Part shown: one piece after another, positions 1-14,059 of the stretch
How positions within the stretch are numbered: position 1 is the first letter of the stretch
Layout of the letters: every line of letters begins with the position of its first letter
Source: Paraspadella gotoi
Taxonomy: Eukaryota; Animalia; Chaetognatha
DNA: 64,000 bases
NCBI GenBank assembly: GCA_051294375.1
Contig: CM119268.1
Span: 11,490,200 to 11,554,199 of the forward strand
Reading direction: 5' to 3'
Notes under the pieces: generated by a model
Databases searched by the model: none
The model's input: only the letters and a program-made list of their open reading frames with translations
What the model was told of the DNA's origin: nothing
Made by a program: the position numbers and the translations under genes

Positions 1-561
1 ATTCAGGGTTAACCTAAAATTTGTTGTTTCAAGCCTGACGTCATTAACGTGTTATTTAACATTCAAGGACTGAGAAGATAAATTTTTACGAAATGTTATA
101 TAATTCTACCGATACGTAACTTGCAAAGGTAGAGTTGTTTCTAAAGCCGGCGCGACAACTTTTCCAGTTTAACGATTTTACTGTTAAATGTTAAATTCAT
201 GATATACGTACTTAATTAAAATTTTAACGTGCCCTAGTTTTAATTTTATTTTACCTTAAATCGCTTTCCTAGTTTACTTTAGTATAAAATAATTTCTTAT
301 GAATTTAATGTCTCTTTATTTTTAGTTATTCAGAATGACCTATGTGTTCCTGCTTTTATTTATTTCACAATAAAAAAAAGAAAATAATTCCTTTCACTTT
401 TTTTCTTATTTCTTTTCTTTTCAAGTTGAAGTTTTTAAGATTTATCAAATATTCTCCCTTTAAAAAGACCCACTCTCATCCATTTCTCCCCTTTATCTTT
501 TTCACGTCATTCTTTCCCACTTTTGACTCCATTTTCTCCTCTTCCCTTTCTCGATTGTTTA

Positions 562-612
<51 letters not shown>

Positions 613-614
613 CA

Positions 615-749
615 CGTGAATAAATCATCGTCACAACGCCAACAATGGAGGCGAGAGAGTTCAGGATTTCACCAGCGTTGGGACGATCACGACGACATGA
701 ACGACATCTGACGACGACGACGAAGATGACGGCATTAACGACCGAAAAC
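615..749 (-). other. possible exon of an unidentified membrane-protein gene
   Basis: After acceptor TTTACAG the frame reads FSVVNAVIFVVVVRCRSCRRDRPNAGEILNSLASIVGVVTMIYS: two hydrophobic stretches around a basic loop, with GTC/CGT-rich codons like the real exons. The rest of the gene was not resolved. Confidence 0.25.
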
Positions 750-2775
750 TGTAAATATGACAACTAAAATTCATAAAAAAGATTAGTACTTACGGAGTCC
801 TGCTTTAGTTTAGGCAAATGTTTTTAGTTTGCCCTCAATAGAAACTTAGGTTAACGGTGAGGTGTCAGTTTCTCTCGTTATATTTTTATGAGTTTTACTT
901 TTGCATATTTTTAATATTGGACTATTTTAATATAGTCTTTTACCGATTATATTTAAAAAATGTTTAAACAATTAACTGTCAATTCAATTCGTGTTCCCGC
1001 ATGCATAATGAGTAGATAAAGCCCACGGGCACGTGGGCAATGGAAAAAGGGTTTAGGTTCTCCCGTCGCCGTCCTTTATCTGGAGATGAGCTCGCCGTCG
1101 AGTGACATAAACTTGCAGGTTTNNNNNNNNNNAGGCAGATCCGACATTGTTTGCTCAAACTTGTTTTTATTAGTTTTACTTTTGCATATTTTTAATATTG
1201 GACTATTTTTATTTAGTCTTTTACCGATTATATTTAAAAATGTTTAAACAATTAACTGTCAATTCAATTCGTGTTCCCGCATGCATAATGAGTAGATAAA
1301 GCCCACGGGCACGTGGGCAATGGAAAAAGGGTTTAGGTTCTCCCGTCGAGATGAGCTCGCCGTCGAGTGACATAAACTTGCAGGTTTGACTTATAGAATC
1401 AAATCGGAAATTTAAAACAAAAGTTGTAAATTTTATCCTACATGGTTTCAGAAATTTGCATAATCTTGACAAATTCCCCCTACAAAAGGTCCCGACCCGA
1501 TCATGAACGTGGCACCGACCAGCAAAAAGTTATGAAAATTTCCCTAGACATTTAGGCCACCATGGATTCTTTTTCCCTCCTTTTTTTCGGCGAATCAGCA
1601 AACCCGAGGGAGAAGACGTCAACAATGAAAACTGAAGGAATCTAGACACTAGGGAGAAGAATTTTTAATATTTAAATAAGTTTCCAAAGTTTTCTTTCAA
1701 AATTTTCTTCTTTTAAAAATACGAATTAATTTGTCGAGCACTTAAACCAATAAAAGTTATAGGCAAAGAACAACAAATAAAGCGAGGATGATAATCCGTC
1801 GTTTGATAATTGGAGCTGTACGTTTGATTTAGCTAACTTGTTGAGATTGTATAATTTCATTACCTCCATTCATTCCTCTTATCGTTTTCTCTTTCCTAGG
1901 TTATAATCGTCTCAATTCTCCCTCGTGAAATCTCTCCTTTGAAGACCGAATCTCTCTCTCTCTCTCGCTTTTAAACACTCGCACAATACACCGATGTACA
2001 CAGGGACACGAGCACGCTTGAACGCAGCTACTCAGAAACACCGAAATCTGCAGCCGGAACCGCTCTTTTGAAGTTGCGAACTTTCAATCCAATTTAAACT
2101 TCNNNNNNNNNNAAAAAAAAAAATTCAGTAAGTTTTAAATTACCCCACTTCAAGTTCCCGAAGGTTCTTTTCGAGAAGGCGAGCTCCCAATTTAAACGAA
2201 AGAAACGACAAATTAGGGACAAAAAACCGTCCGCTTTTTAATGATTCGATTTCGATTTCCAGACCAGGAACCTGAAAAAGCGCAGACAACCTAAAAGGCT
2301 AAGACGGAGGACGGGAAGAAAATGTAAAATATATTCCGTTGAACTTGAGCGTTACTTAATCCCGGTGACAAAAGAGAAAAAAATTGTTAGAAATGACATT
2401 GATTCCTCGGTCGGGGGCAGGGATTACATTGACGAGTGACAACCCCGTCAGTCGACTATTTTTACGGTTTCTTATGACGTCTCGACTTGGACTCCGCAAC
2501 GCGCGGTAATTCGACACGTCGATTGATTGACAGGTTTTTGTCTTTTCGATACCAAGCCAAGTGGAAAAACTGGTGTGGAAATCGAGATGACAACGAAAAG
2601 ATCGAAAAAAAATTGCCTCCCACGAAGTCATTTTGTAGCGTTGATTCGATTTGGGTGCGGTTTGTTTTGTCCGATTTTTTTTTTCCATCCAATGATGTGG
2701 GAGACAAAAGACAAACCGAGAGAAATTGTAAACGTTGATGGTATTTCGATGGTAGTATTAGTATTAAACTTTTAC

Positions 2776-2949
2776 AATTTTACTTTCGCCGACCGGGTTA
2801 TTGGCGTCTTTTGAAAAATTACTTAAAATATTTATTTAAAAAAAAAATAAAAGAAATTATTAATTAATTACCTTAACTCTAAACCCTTTTAACCCCAACC
2901 ATTCCTAACCCTAAACCCCCCCATAACCCCGATCGGCGAGAGTAAAATT
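2776..2949. mobile_element. MITE-like element with ~26-bp terminal inverted repeats and internal degenerate (CCCTAA)n
   Basis: Left end AATTTTACTTTCGCCGACCGGGTTAT matches the reverse complement of the right end, AATTTTACTCTCGCCGATCGGGGTTAT. Interior has CCTTAA/CCCTAA-like hexamers at ~2870-2920. Confidence 0.6.
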
Positions 2950-3732
2950 AAGTTTATTTTAATTTCATTCGAAGAGTAGAAAATTAGAAATTTATTTCTT
3001 TTCGTTTGACGCGAAAATGTTTGATTCTGTACAAGGGTTTCTCCGTAAGGTCGCTTTTCTTTTGCCGACGGTCATAACTGTCACCAATTTGGCCATCAAC
3101 ACATGCAACAATCGCATTTGCTCTTGCCATTTGCGCACCCAAGCCGAACAGTCACGGATTGTGATTCGGTCTCCGCCCATTTTTGGTACGCAGGCCCGCG
3201 ACTACCCAACTTCTTTCCCCCTCAATAATTTACGGATCCAAAACTTTGCCCTTTCGATTGTTTTTTTTTTTGGAAGCTCATCTGATTCATTCATTTCACA
3301 GTTTTTCCAATGTGTTTTTTCACTTTTTCAAATCGATTTGTAACGACTCTTTGGTCTGACTTTCCTCCACCTTTTGCCTTCATCCCTCTAAACCATTCTT
3401 TCATGACCAACGTAAGAGTTATCAATACAACCTGCTGGGAAAATCAATATCGCCACTTTCTGAATCGATTACTTGCTTTCCATTTTCGCTCCTCTGTAAT
3501 TTAGAGCACCGAAAAAACTTTTTTTTTTAACGAGCGAGCACCCTGAGTTTAAACGTCCAAAAAATTTGGAGGAAAAATGAATCCGTACTTAAAGCCTTGG
3601 GTGTCACAACGACGCAGGCGGACAAAGTTAAACGAAAAAAAAATTGCCAAATTTTCTAAAACATTTGTAGATAAAACGACAGCTGAAGCTAAACCACAAA
3701 AAAAAATGTAGAAGTGAGGATTTTATAGTAGT

Positions 3733-4559
3733 TGTTACGAGGCTAGGGATCTCGCCCCTGCTCAGCAACTTAAGGAATAGGAAGGAAGAGAGAGAGGTAC
3801 CTGAGCTAGTCTTCTCGGGCCCTGCTCAGCAACCTAAGGATAGGAAGGAAGAGAGAGGTTCCTCAGCTTGTCTCCTCGCCCCTGCTCAGCACTAAGTTAG
3901 GAAGGAAGAGAGAGGTACCTGAGCTAGTCTGCTCGCCCCTGCTCACCTACCTGAGGTTAGGAAGGAAGCGATAGGTACCTTGAGCAAGTTTTCTCGTCAC
4001 TCCTCTGCTATGTCAGCTATCTCAGCATAGATCATCTAATGAGAAGTTGGCGGGAAAACAGAAGACCATGACAAGCTTGCACACCTCAGCAATAGGAGAG
4101 AGGAGGAAAGAGAGATCTCGATACCCACAGGCCCTCAAGGCAATAGGAGAGAGGAGGAGAGCTGAGGGTCCTCAAGAGGGTACTCAGGTTCCTTAGCCTT
4201 GCACCATGAGATGCTCTATTTTATGTAGATGAGGAGGAAGGGTAGGCTAGGATTTTCTATAAAAGGAGTGTAACAAGGCTTCTGGGGGCAAGTTCAGCGC
4301 TCCCCAAGAAGAAAGAAAGAACAACTGCGCCCCAGCAAGACGCAGCCGGCATCAGGACTCAGGGTCATAGAGGAAACTATGCCCAAATCTCCCTAAATAG
4401 GAAATCCTTGGCCTGGCAACGGCCCTCACTGTTGGAAATAAAGGATGCTAAATACTACAAATAAAACTCTAATAAAACAGTATTTTCCCTGAATAGGAAT
4501 AAAGTAGGCTACTGGGTAGTTGTAGGATTGATATTTTTTGCGGCCCGAAATCCGCAACA
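3733..4559 (+). mobile_element. solo LTR of an LTR retrotransposon (827 bp)
   Basis: Termini TGTTACG...CGCAACA; exact 5-bp TSD GTAGT (3728-3732 and 4560-4564); ~4 tandem copies of a ~58-60-bp unit (3751-3990); TATAAAA at ~4258; AATAAA at ~4437, 4471 and 4498; no internal ORF. Confidence 0.88.
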
Positions 4560-4707
4560 GTAGTTAAAAGCGAACTGATAAAAAAACATTTTTCTTTAAG
4601 ATAAAGGGAAAAAAGACGACATGTAACTGACAGAGAATTACTTAAAAAGGACCAAAATTCTTAAGCCTTTTACCGCGAAAGACTGTCGGTGGTCAAATCC
4701 TTAATCC

Positions 4708-4756
<49 letters not shown>

Positions 4757-5964
4757 TTTTAAAAAACATGGATCTGGCAAATATGGCCAGTTTTAATCGT
4801 GAGAAAAGTAAAATACTTTTTAATTATTTTATTTATTAAGTATGTATATTTTTTTTACGAGTGAGTTTTTGTTAAAAAAACGGTCTAACTTCAATCGATT
4901 ACCGCGCCACGCACGTCACGAGCAGGTGTGCGAAACTGCATGTGTGGGTTTGTGGGACGAAATAATTTTCTCTCTTCTTTCTCTTCTGATCTTTCCCGGT
5001 CTCTCCTGTTTTCGCGCTTAAATAATAAAAATCTTGAATATGGGATTTTTTTTTTTACTCTGACGTGAAAGAAGAGAGAAAAAAAATTGTAGAAAGAAGA
5101 AAACTTATATAAAACGTTTCGAATCGTAGATTATTATCAAATAAAAACCGTTAAAAAAAAGAGATGCAAAGAATTGGAGGGAAGAATGATTAACCGAAGT
5201 TTCGTGACGGAAACAAAGAACCAAATTAAGGAGAAAATTAAAGAGGAAAAAAAAAAGGGGAAAAAATTGACAACGGACGGACGGACGGACGGACGGGAGT
5301 TTGCAGAAAAGGTCGATTCAATTTTCTAGTTTTTTTTTTTTTTAATTCAGCATACCAGTTGTTTCGTGCTCTATTATTTGTTTTTTTTATCCATTAATTG
5401 TTTTTCTTTCTTTAGGATTTGTTCTTTTTTTAAATTTTCCTTTATTTCTTCAATATCCACTATCCAACATGCAGCAAGGCAATAATAAAAAAAAATATTG
5501 GGAAAAGAAAAACCTGAATGCAACTTTGCCTGAAATTAACGCAACGCGTTAATTCGATCCAGAAAAAGAAACTAAAACTAAAACAATATTATTACAATTC
5601 TGTAAATTCTCGAAAAATTGAAAGTGATTTCATTTAATAAATGATAAATAAAGATTTTGTTAACGTAAGTTCGCACATCAGATGACATCAAATAATGACG
5701 AAGTCAATAATGTTTTTTTAAATATACGAAGAAAACGATAACATTATCCGTGTTTTTATTTTTTTATTTATGAAATGTTGAAGGAAACGAAGTTAAAAAG
5801 GTTATAACGATATAAACGGAAACACTTTTTACGTATTGGTTTTCTCCCAAAGCCGATCACCAATTTCTCTTTTTTTTCACCGGGTTTTTCCCCCATGAGT
5901 TCACCAGTTATCATCTCCAACCATTTCTTCTTCTGCGACGATTTTTTTCCTTTTTTTTCCTCAC

Positions 5965-6145
5965 TTTTCCTCCGCGCGTCGCGAATTCCGACGCGTCCGT
6001 TTTTCCGATCTAATATTCTCCTCTCATTGGTCGAAACCGCATTAAATTCATTCTGATTGGTCGAAAATCTTTTCTGGATTCATTTTGCTGGTTAGTGATT
6101 GGTCTAAATCTTTTCGGGCTTTAGTTTGAATTGTGATGATTGGTT
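5965..6145 (-). promoter_or_regulatory. putative CCAAT-box cluster promoter for a leftward gene
   Basis: Four ATTGG (CCAAT on minus) motifs 30-42 bp apart at ~6027, 6056, 6098 and 6139, next to a CpG-rich CGCGCGTCGCG...ACGCGT patch. Downstream gene not identified. Confidence 0.3.
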
Positions 6146-6485
6146 AAAAACGTCAAATTTGTTTTATTAGTGATTAAGTAAGATCTTGAAGTCATGTAAA
6201 TAAAATACAGCTGTGGAATATTGTTTTGACGAAATTTCTAAATAAGTTTTCGCACTGCCTGAGTAACCTGTCATTAAAAAAGACTTTTAAAACTTAGTAC
6301 AGACTATTTTGTAAAGACAGTTAAATCAAATAAAAAAATTGAAAAAAATCTGAGTTGCAGAACAAAGTCTGGTACTAGTGCTACTAGTAGAAGCACATTA
6401 TTCCATAATATTTTTAATTGGCCTTCACCATATAAATTCTTAGAAAGCGTGGTTAAACGTCAAATAAAATGTTGATATTGAGCGA

Positions 6486-8320
6486 TCATGCCTCGGTCGG
6501 TATTTCTGGGAAATGCTCACCGAGCAGCCTTTTGTCGAACACCAAACCCGGATGGAATTCCAGCGGAGGAGATTCGTCCCAGGGTCTCTTTACGAAGACG
6601 GCGTCCTCCGCTATCCATCTGGACGATGCGAGGAGAATATCGAAGAGACGTGCAAACAAAAGGGCAACGCAGGAGAAATGAGGGCAACAAAAATTTAAAC
6701 TCAGTTTAAGATAACTAAATCTTAGAAGAATTTTTGACTCAATCGTTATTGACACTTTGATTCTAAATTGCTGTTTAATTTTAGAAAACATATAAATTTC
6801 TCTTCTCTTTACTTTTCCCTAAGCACAAAAAATATAACGTTTTAAACCCAGAGGCATCATTAAACCCCTAAATAACCCGAATGACGATAAAACTGTAAAA
6901 ACCCGACCCAACTAAAACTCGTAAAGGACCTGAAAGAAATGACCCTTCTGTTGGTGGGGTTGTGGTTAGGAGCGGCGGCGTGAAGAGTCTTCATGTGAAA
7001 GACGACGCAGTCTCCGGGTTCGAAGGCGGCGGTGAAGATGTCGTATTTGGGGTTGCTGTTTTTAGGGTGGGGCGGAAGAATTGTGGGGTAGGGTGCATGG
7101 AGCGCAGTGGGGTGAGAGCGAGAAGGGATTGGAGTCGAGGGATGGAAAAGCGATGGATGGTCGAGAGGAGGGGGGGGAAGTAAATGGAATTAATAATCGT
7201 ATGGGGAAATTTGGGGAAATTAACGCAATGCAAGAGTATCGGGTAAGGAATTGAGCGGAAGAAAATTGTCGACTCGCGGTATTGAGTTAAATTTAGATCG
7301 ATATTGAGATGTGATTTAAATTTGAATTTAGATTTAAAATCCGCGAACGAAATCTTTGGCAAAAGAGGAAAAAACCAAGTCCAAAACAAAATTCTTTAAT
7401 CATCCATTTCTGGTACGGTTAGAAAATTCGGACCTTTTATTTCCTTTGGGACCTTTTGTCTCTTCTTTCTCAACATTTCCTTTCCCTTCCTTCATCACCT
7501 CAGTTTAAATTCTTTTTATTTCTCCTTTTATTCTTTTTATTTCTTTTTATTTCTTTTTATTCCTTCCGTCGCATTTTTTTGTGCTTTCGAGCGATCAGAG
7601 ATTTTTTTTTTCTTTTCTAAATCCTTCTTTTCATTCTCCTCCTTTATTTTCTTTTCCTCCTCCCGCTTAGGGGTCGGCCTCAAAGGAATCGCAACCCCTG
7701 TTCTTTCTTCCATATCTCACTCACGTTTTTATCCCTTTTTATTTGACTTTTTATTTTGCTTTATATATCTCTTCGGATATTTCCCCTCTCCTTTCCTCTC
7801 CTCTTTTCTCTTCTCTTCTCTTCTCTTCTCTTCTCTTCTCTTCTCTTCTCTTTTCTTTTCTTTTCTTTTCTTTTCTTTTCTTTTCTTTTCTTTTCTTTTC
7901 TTTTCTTTTCTTTTCTTTTCTTTTCTTTTCTTTTCTTTCCTTTCCTTTTCTTTTCTTTTCTTTTCTTTTCTTTTCTTTCTTTCCTTTCCATTTTTTTCTT
8001 TTTTCCCCCGTTCCTTCCCTTAATTTTTCTTTCCTTCTTTCCATCTTTTAACCACTCTTCGTTTTCCTTCCCTTCCCTGCATCCATAATCCCTAGTCCCT
8101 ACTCCTCCCCCTCTCCCCTCACCCCACTCCTTGCCTGTCCATATCTTCGGGAACCGATTCGTATCTCCTTCCGTTCACTTTGTCCACGTAATCCACGTCG
8201 TAATCGTTGAAAGTTTTAAAATTTCGCGGGTAAAACCATTTTCCCCACTTGTGACTTCCTTTGGCGAAGCGGATGCTGGATTCTGGGAGGGAGAGCACGA
8301 TTTAATATCTCTCTCTCTCT

Positions 8321-8380
<60 letters not shown>

Positions 8381-9122
8381 GGTTGGGCACGTTTGTATGC
8401 GAGACCAGTGAGCAACGTCGAGAGCCTAATGAGAACAGCGGCAACTAAAAAAAATGTTGGATCGTAGTATAATCAAAATACCATTATAACTAGTGCTAGA
8501 ATTCTTGCGAACATAAAAATAAATATTGTGAATATTAATATATTGTGAATTTTATGCGAAATCGAAAATAAAACACCAATGTAACTTGTTTTACATAGTG
8601 ATGATCGAATTATATAAATACGCAAGGAAATCTTAATTATTTTTTAAAATTAAAAACCCTTTTCCAGTGCAATTTAAATTTTTCCCATGGTTACCAACCG
8701 GATTTTTTTGGTTTTGGCCATTGTGCCAAATTTTCATTCGTTTCAATGTTATGAACGCAAGAATTGGGGAAAACGAGCCAGGGGGGAAGATATTTGTTAG
8801 AAAATAGACAAGAAAAATAAGAAAAAGGTTTCGGTACAAAGTTTTTCTTGGGGTGGAAGCATCAATGACAAACTAAATACAAAAGTAAAGAAGTTAAGAA
8901 ATAAACCACGAAGATAATTTTTAGAGTTTCTAAAAAAAAAAAAGAAGGAGAAAGAAAAACAGGTGAGTGAGGGCGTTGGCATGAATCGGAGCAGAGAAAT
9001 GAAATTTGGAGCCGAAGAAGAATCGCTAACGATTATTTACGTCGCGAACGCAAAATTTCCGGTCGGAAATGAAGCGAAAGAACAAGGAAGAAGAAGAAGA
9101 GAGAGAGAAGAGAGAGAGGAGA

Positions 9123-9172
<50 letters not shown>

Positions 9173-10220
9173 TTCACGGAAGAGAAGATCGAAACAGGTG
9201 AGTCTGAATTCGAATGGTTACATTAAAACTGAAGATTATTTCACAAGATAAGGGAATTTTGTACAAACTATTCTTCGAATCTAATCCCCTTACGGAATCC
9301 GAACTCACGATTCTCATTCACAAAAAAAACTAAATCTTACGCAAAAAAAAAGATAAATGCGAAACCACGGCAACCTCACCGACTGGCACCGGATCTACGG
9401 GCGCCCATATGGTGCAGTTGAGATCGCCGTCGCAGGGGTAGTAGGGTTGGTCGTGATGCCAGGGAGTCTCCAGCGAGGTTCCGCCATCTTTGGTTAGGAC
9501 GTGTTCGTGATAGAAAACCACGGAGGAAGAGCCCATTAGGATTTTGGCCACGGAGGCCGCGGGAGAGGAGTACACCAAGTCCTGAATGAGCCAATGAATG
9601 AATGAATAAATGAATGAAAGAATTAATTAATGAATGGATATATGATCACATTCTTTCATACTTTCATCTCCGGAATTCGTTCCCAATTGCAGTAATCCAT
9701 AAAGTAAGTTCCGTCTCCTTCTCCATCTTTCTCTTCGATCGTGAAGTGAAACTTGGACGGATCGCGCTTCACCTTTTCGATGCCCGACGATATTTTTTCA
9801 AGCCACTCAGGCGAGAAGACATTGCGAAGGACAACCACTCCGTCGCGCTGACAATATTGGGGGAGTTTTTTTTTTTTTATGAAGGTGCCGATGCCTGACT
9901 CGCTTTCGTTTTAGGTTTAATGCGTTTTCGAAGCAGCAGGACTTTATCATGGCCGTTACGGTGGATCACAAAGCCTTACGAGCTCCCCGGCCAATGTGCC
10001 TTCGCAAAACACCATAACACCATAACACCTGAACACCATTACCATAACTTCTAAAGTCTGAAATACTGTTACTTAAAGCGTGAATCCTTGAATTTGTTGT
10101 CATTAGTCGAGACTCAATCTTCAATTGGAGACTAAACAGCAAAACGTAAGTCCTTACCTGATATTGTTCCTTGAGATCGCTCGCTTGTTTCATTATATCT
10201 TCCCATTTATTTGATTCCAT
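6486..10220 (-). CDS. phytanoyl-CoA dioxygenase (PhyH)-family Fe(II)/2-oxoglutarate dioxygenase, ~285 aa, 6 exons
   Basis: Exons 10220-10158, 9847-9662, 9581-9380, 8282-8135, 7055-6930 and 6618-6486 join in phase. Motifs: YQRDGVVVLRNVF, TPWHHDQPYY (HxD), CTIWAPVD, FAKGSH, EPGDCVVFHMKTLH (distal His), RRVISFRW (2OG-binding Arg). Confidence 0.9.
7790..7990. repeat. compound pentanucleotide microsatellite (TCTTC)n(TTTTC)n
   Basis: Directly visible tandem array inside PhyH intron 4; it generates the spurious EKKRK/FSFLF ORFs. Confidence 0.95.
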
Positions 10221-10348
10221 AGTTTATATTATTAGATTTTTTTATTGTCCACTTTTATCAGGTGAAGCAAAAAACCAGTTATTCGGGTCTTTTCGCCACT
10301 GACTTTCGGAATTGAATCTTAAGAACTGACTGAGACACAGTGAGAGAG

Positions 10349-10419
<71 letters not shown>

Positions 10420-11078
10420 AGACAGTGCCCGAAGGTCAAATGCGAAGAGATCGTTTAATAATTATTCTCGATTTTAAATACATAAATTCGAGCCTTTCAC
10501 CTTTGTCTCCAAATGTTTGTCGCGAGTGATAACCTTTTTAAAGCTCATTCGCAATCTTGTCCTATTTTCGAAAACTTTGAAACTTGGGTGATAGGATTAA
10601 CTTGGAGGTTCTTCGATCGAGACAAATTTTATTTGTGGTTTGTCTTTAATAGTTTGAAGCCTTCTACTTTTGATATTATCCAGAATTATATTATTATTAA
10701 TTCTTTCATTTCAGATCTTAAAATTGAAAAAAAGAACAAACAAAAAATACTCTTTTTTTCAATTTTCTTCCGTTCTTCAATCTAGGACATGACCAATTAG
10801 AGCAAGGTTAAAACAATTTTACAAATGCTGAAAAATCCTTCTGTGGAGGAGAGGAAATAATAGAAAATCTCGTCAAAAAGTTAAATTAACTATGTTTATA
10901 AACGTTAAGGTGAATCTGGTAATCGAATATTGGTTTTATTGGCTGCAATGGCAAGAATGTTGCAGAATGAATACTAGCTTTATCGATTCTTTGTTGTCTA
11001 GAAAATTATATGAAAAGTCAAGTGACGCACGCGGGAAACCGCATCTGCCGCAACAGGAGAGAGAGAGAGAGAGAGAGG

Positions 11079-11113
<35 letters not shown>

Positions 11114-11115
11114 GC

Positions 11116-11153
<38 letters not shown>

Positions 11154-12386
11154 ATCTGCTCTGTTTCCGTCTAACTCTCAAGGGTTGTTGAGTTGAGTTT
11201 AAAATCCCCAAAAGCCAACAGGTCCCAACATTCTTAGTTTGTGTAAGCCACGGATTTTGCTTAACTTTTTTGTGATCGAAATACAAAAATACAGAAAAAA
11301 CAGAAAACGAGAGTAAAACTCCCAAACAAGAGATCAAGAGGGATGAAACACTGGGAGGTAAGAATTTAATTTTCAAAAGGAAAACAATTTTTTTTTTGGC
11401 TACAAAAGTTTTTCATGTAATTTCTTTTAATTAACCCCGTTTTTGTTCAAAAACAATATATTTCTTGAATATAAACATATTCTTTAAAGTACATTATTTT
11501 AAACATTCTATTTGAACTTTTATTAATCAAATTCTTTTCCTGACCTGATTCCATGAAAAATTTTACCAACGGAACATTTGTTTTTTATTATCGTCACTTT
11601 CCGCCATCTATCGTTTTTAGGTGATGTTTGGTTTTACGAAAAGGAGAAAAGGGCATCGCAAGCTGGACGATTTGAAAGTTAAACGATGAGCGGTGAATTG
11701 ACGCAGGATGACAAGTCACATTGTCTTTCCCAAAGATCACTCCAACGCCCCGGCCCGAAAATTGGAGAGAGGGCTGTGAAGATTTTTTGGGGGAAAATCT
11801 CTTCAAATCTTTAATGCGATCGTGCGATCGACTTTTGAAATGTAAGAATTAAAATTTAGATATCAATTTATAAATTTTCATTTGTTTGAACTTTGTAATA
11901 TATTTTATATACATAATATGCATTGGATGTATTCTGATTTACGAACGAGTATAATTACTATGTATCACTGTGAACATTGAACAAAGTAAAAAAAAATGCT
12001 CGTTTATTATAAGTTATTCGTCCGCATTTTAGCACTCATCTGTTGCAATGATGCGGAAGTTTTATTAATGCTGGAAATTTGATCTGACTGTAAAAATATT
12101 TGTTTCATCTTATGTATACATGTCATATTATTAGTGTTTTGGCTTTCTGCTATCATGTAACATCGCTATCATTGCATTTCATATTCGACGAAAAATATTA
12201 AGCACAGCAAAATAAAAATGTAATTCTTGTAATCTATTTTGTAAAAATAATAATACAAATAAAAACCACACACAAAAGGCAAAAATACTGCACACGACGT
12301 AATTTTTTCAATATGAAAAAAATAGGAAATATGGCAAGAGGTTAAAGAGCGTTAAAAAATCTAAAAGATAAAAAAAAGTAGAAGTT

Positions 12387-14008
12387 TCACAGATTTTTCG
12401 CCTCGGCCTCTCCTTTGACATCCGACGCCAAGTCGGACCTTCCAGCGTTTAACTCTTCCGCTTCCGCTTCCGCTTCCGCGACCGCTTCCAACGCTTTCGC
12501 TCCTCCTTTGTCCGATGAAGATCTCGACTTGCTCCTCAGAATCGTCCGCTCGGTCAGCAGCGACATCAGGGAGCTCTTCCTCCTCTCCCCGCCTTCGCTT
12601 TCTTCGCCGCTCCAGCAGCAGCGCCCACCGCCCCAGCAGCCGCGATCCCTCTCCCCTGCGCCGCGCCCTTCGTCGCGCCTCCTGCCGCCGACGCGATCGG
12701 TGAACGATCGGAGCGCGGTGACGAATTCCCGGCGGAAAAGCGCGCCGCTGATGATATATAGGAAGAAGTTGATGCTGTGGTTGAGGATGAAGAATGGGCG
12801 GCCGGCGATGAAAACCTTGAAAAGAAAAGAATTTCTAATCAGAAAAGGAGAGATGGGGTAAGGCGCTTAAAAATAAAGAACTGACCTTAAACATGGACCA
12901 GGCGCAGTCGGCGGAAAACGAGTCGTCGTCATCGTGTAAAACTGTGACGTCAGATGAGTAGTTAGAATTGTCGACGAAGAATGAAGAGGGGGTCGAGTTG
13001 ACGGAAATTATTGTCGTTGTCGTTGTTGTCGTTGAAACATTTTTTGGGAGTATGGCGAGTTGAATAATTTTCTCGCTATTGCACTTACTGTTAAGGAGAA
13101 AACACATAAATTGACTGATTTGGCTGATCAAATATTGATCGTATTACTTTTATTCTTCACATTTTTTACCACTTATGAACCAATGCACAAATTATATTCA
13201 AATTATATTCAAATTATATTCATATTAATTAATCCACGAAATCTCATGTGAACATTAAATTACCGGTCAATGGCCAAGTAAACAATTTTCTATACCTTTG
13301 ACTAGTGAACTTGGAGACCGCAGAGCTCACATTAGGAGGTATGAGAATCAATGTGGATACAATGGAAACTGTCAGTAACATTTTCAACAATTGGTTGCTG
13401 TGTCCCTTGGCACTGTCGTTGTGACGTGTCATGCTGCTTGGGCGGTCTGTCAAATTAAATGGGAATTGAGTTGAAAAAAAAAAACAATCTAAAACTCTTT
13501 AAGGAAAACTTAAAGTTACAATACAGATCCCTAGCTTACCCTGACGCATTCTCTTCGGAGTATGAAAGCGCACTTTGATGATGATCAGACTGTTAACCAC
13601 TAAATTAATCGCCAATGGTAATAACTGTTAAACAAAAATTCAAAGGCTAAAATTGACATTTTCTTTCAACCGTAAAAAGACGAAAGAATTGCGGTATTTT
13701 GTGAAGAATGAAAAAACCCCAGATAAACTCACTTTCCAAAGGCATTCCGCAATTCCCTTGAATTTCGAATGATATTCACAATATTCAGGATAGTAAGTTC
13801 TCGACGAGCAGTCTCGCCTTTTTGCGTCGTACCTGCGGCATTAATTGAAATGATATACTATAAGTTTGTTATTTATTAAATTAATTAATTAATTAAGTGA
13901 AACGAACCGGATGGTGAAGATGTAATCGCAATTGACGACGACGTTAACGAGAAAAACGATGGCGACTACTACTCTTGCGAAGGACCGGGTGAGCCTTGTT
14001 TTCGCCTT

Positions 14009-14059
<51 letters not shown>

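Noticed and set aside
885-1390. ~220-bp direct duplication flanking a 10-N gap, with a 15-nt indel between copies
   Set aside because: Typical uncollapsed haplotype or contig overlap at a scaffold gap; the same pattern occurs at ~53790-53900.
12415-12861. Plus-strand ORFs over GPCR exons (also 16494-16916, 18445-18792, 25959-26621) and minus ORF 15271-15891
   Set aside because: Antisense shadows of GC-rich coding sequence that lacks stops on the other strand.
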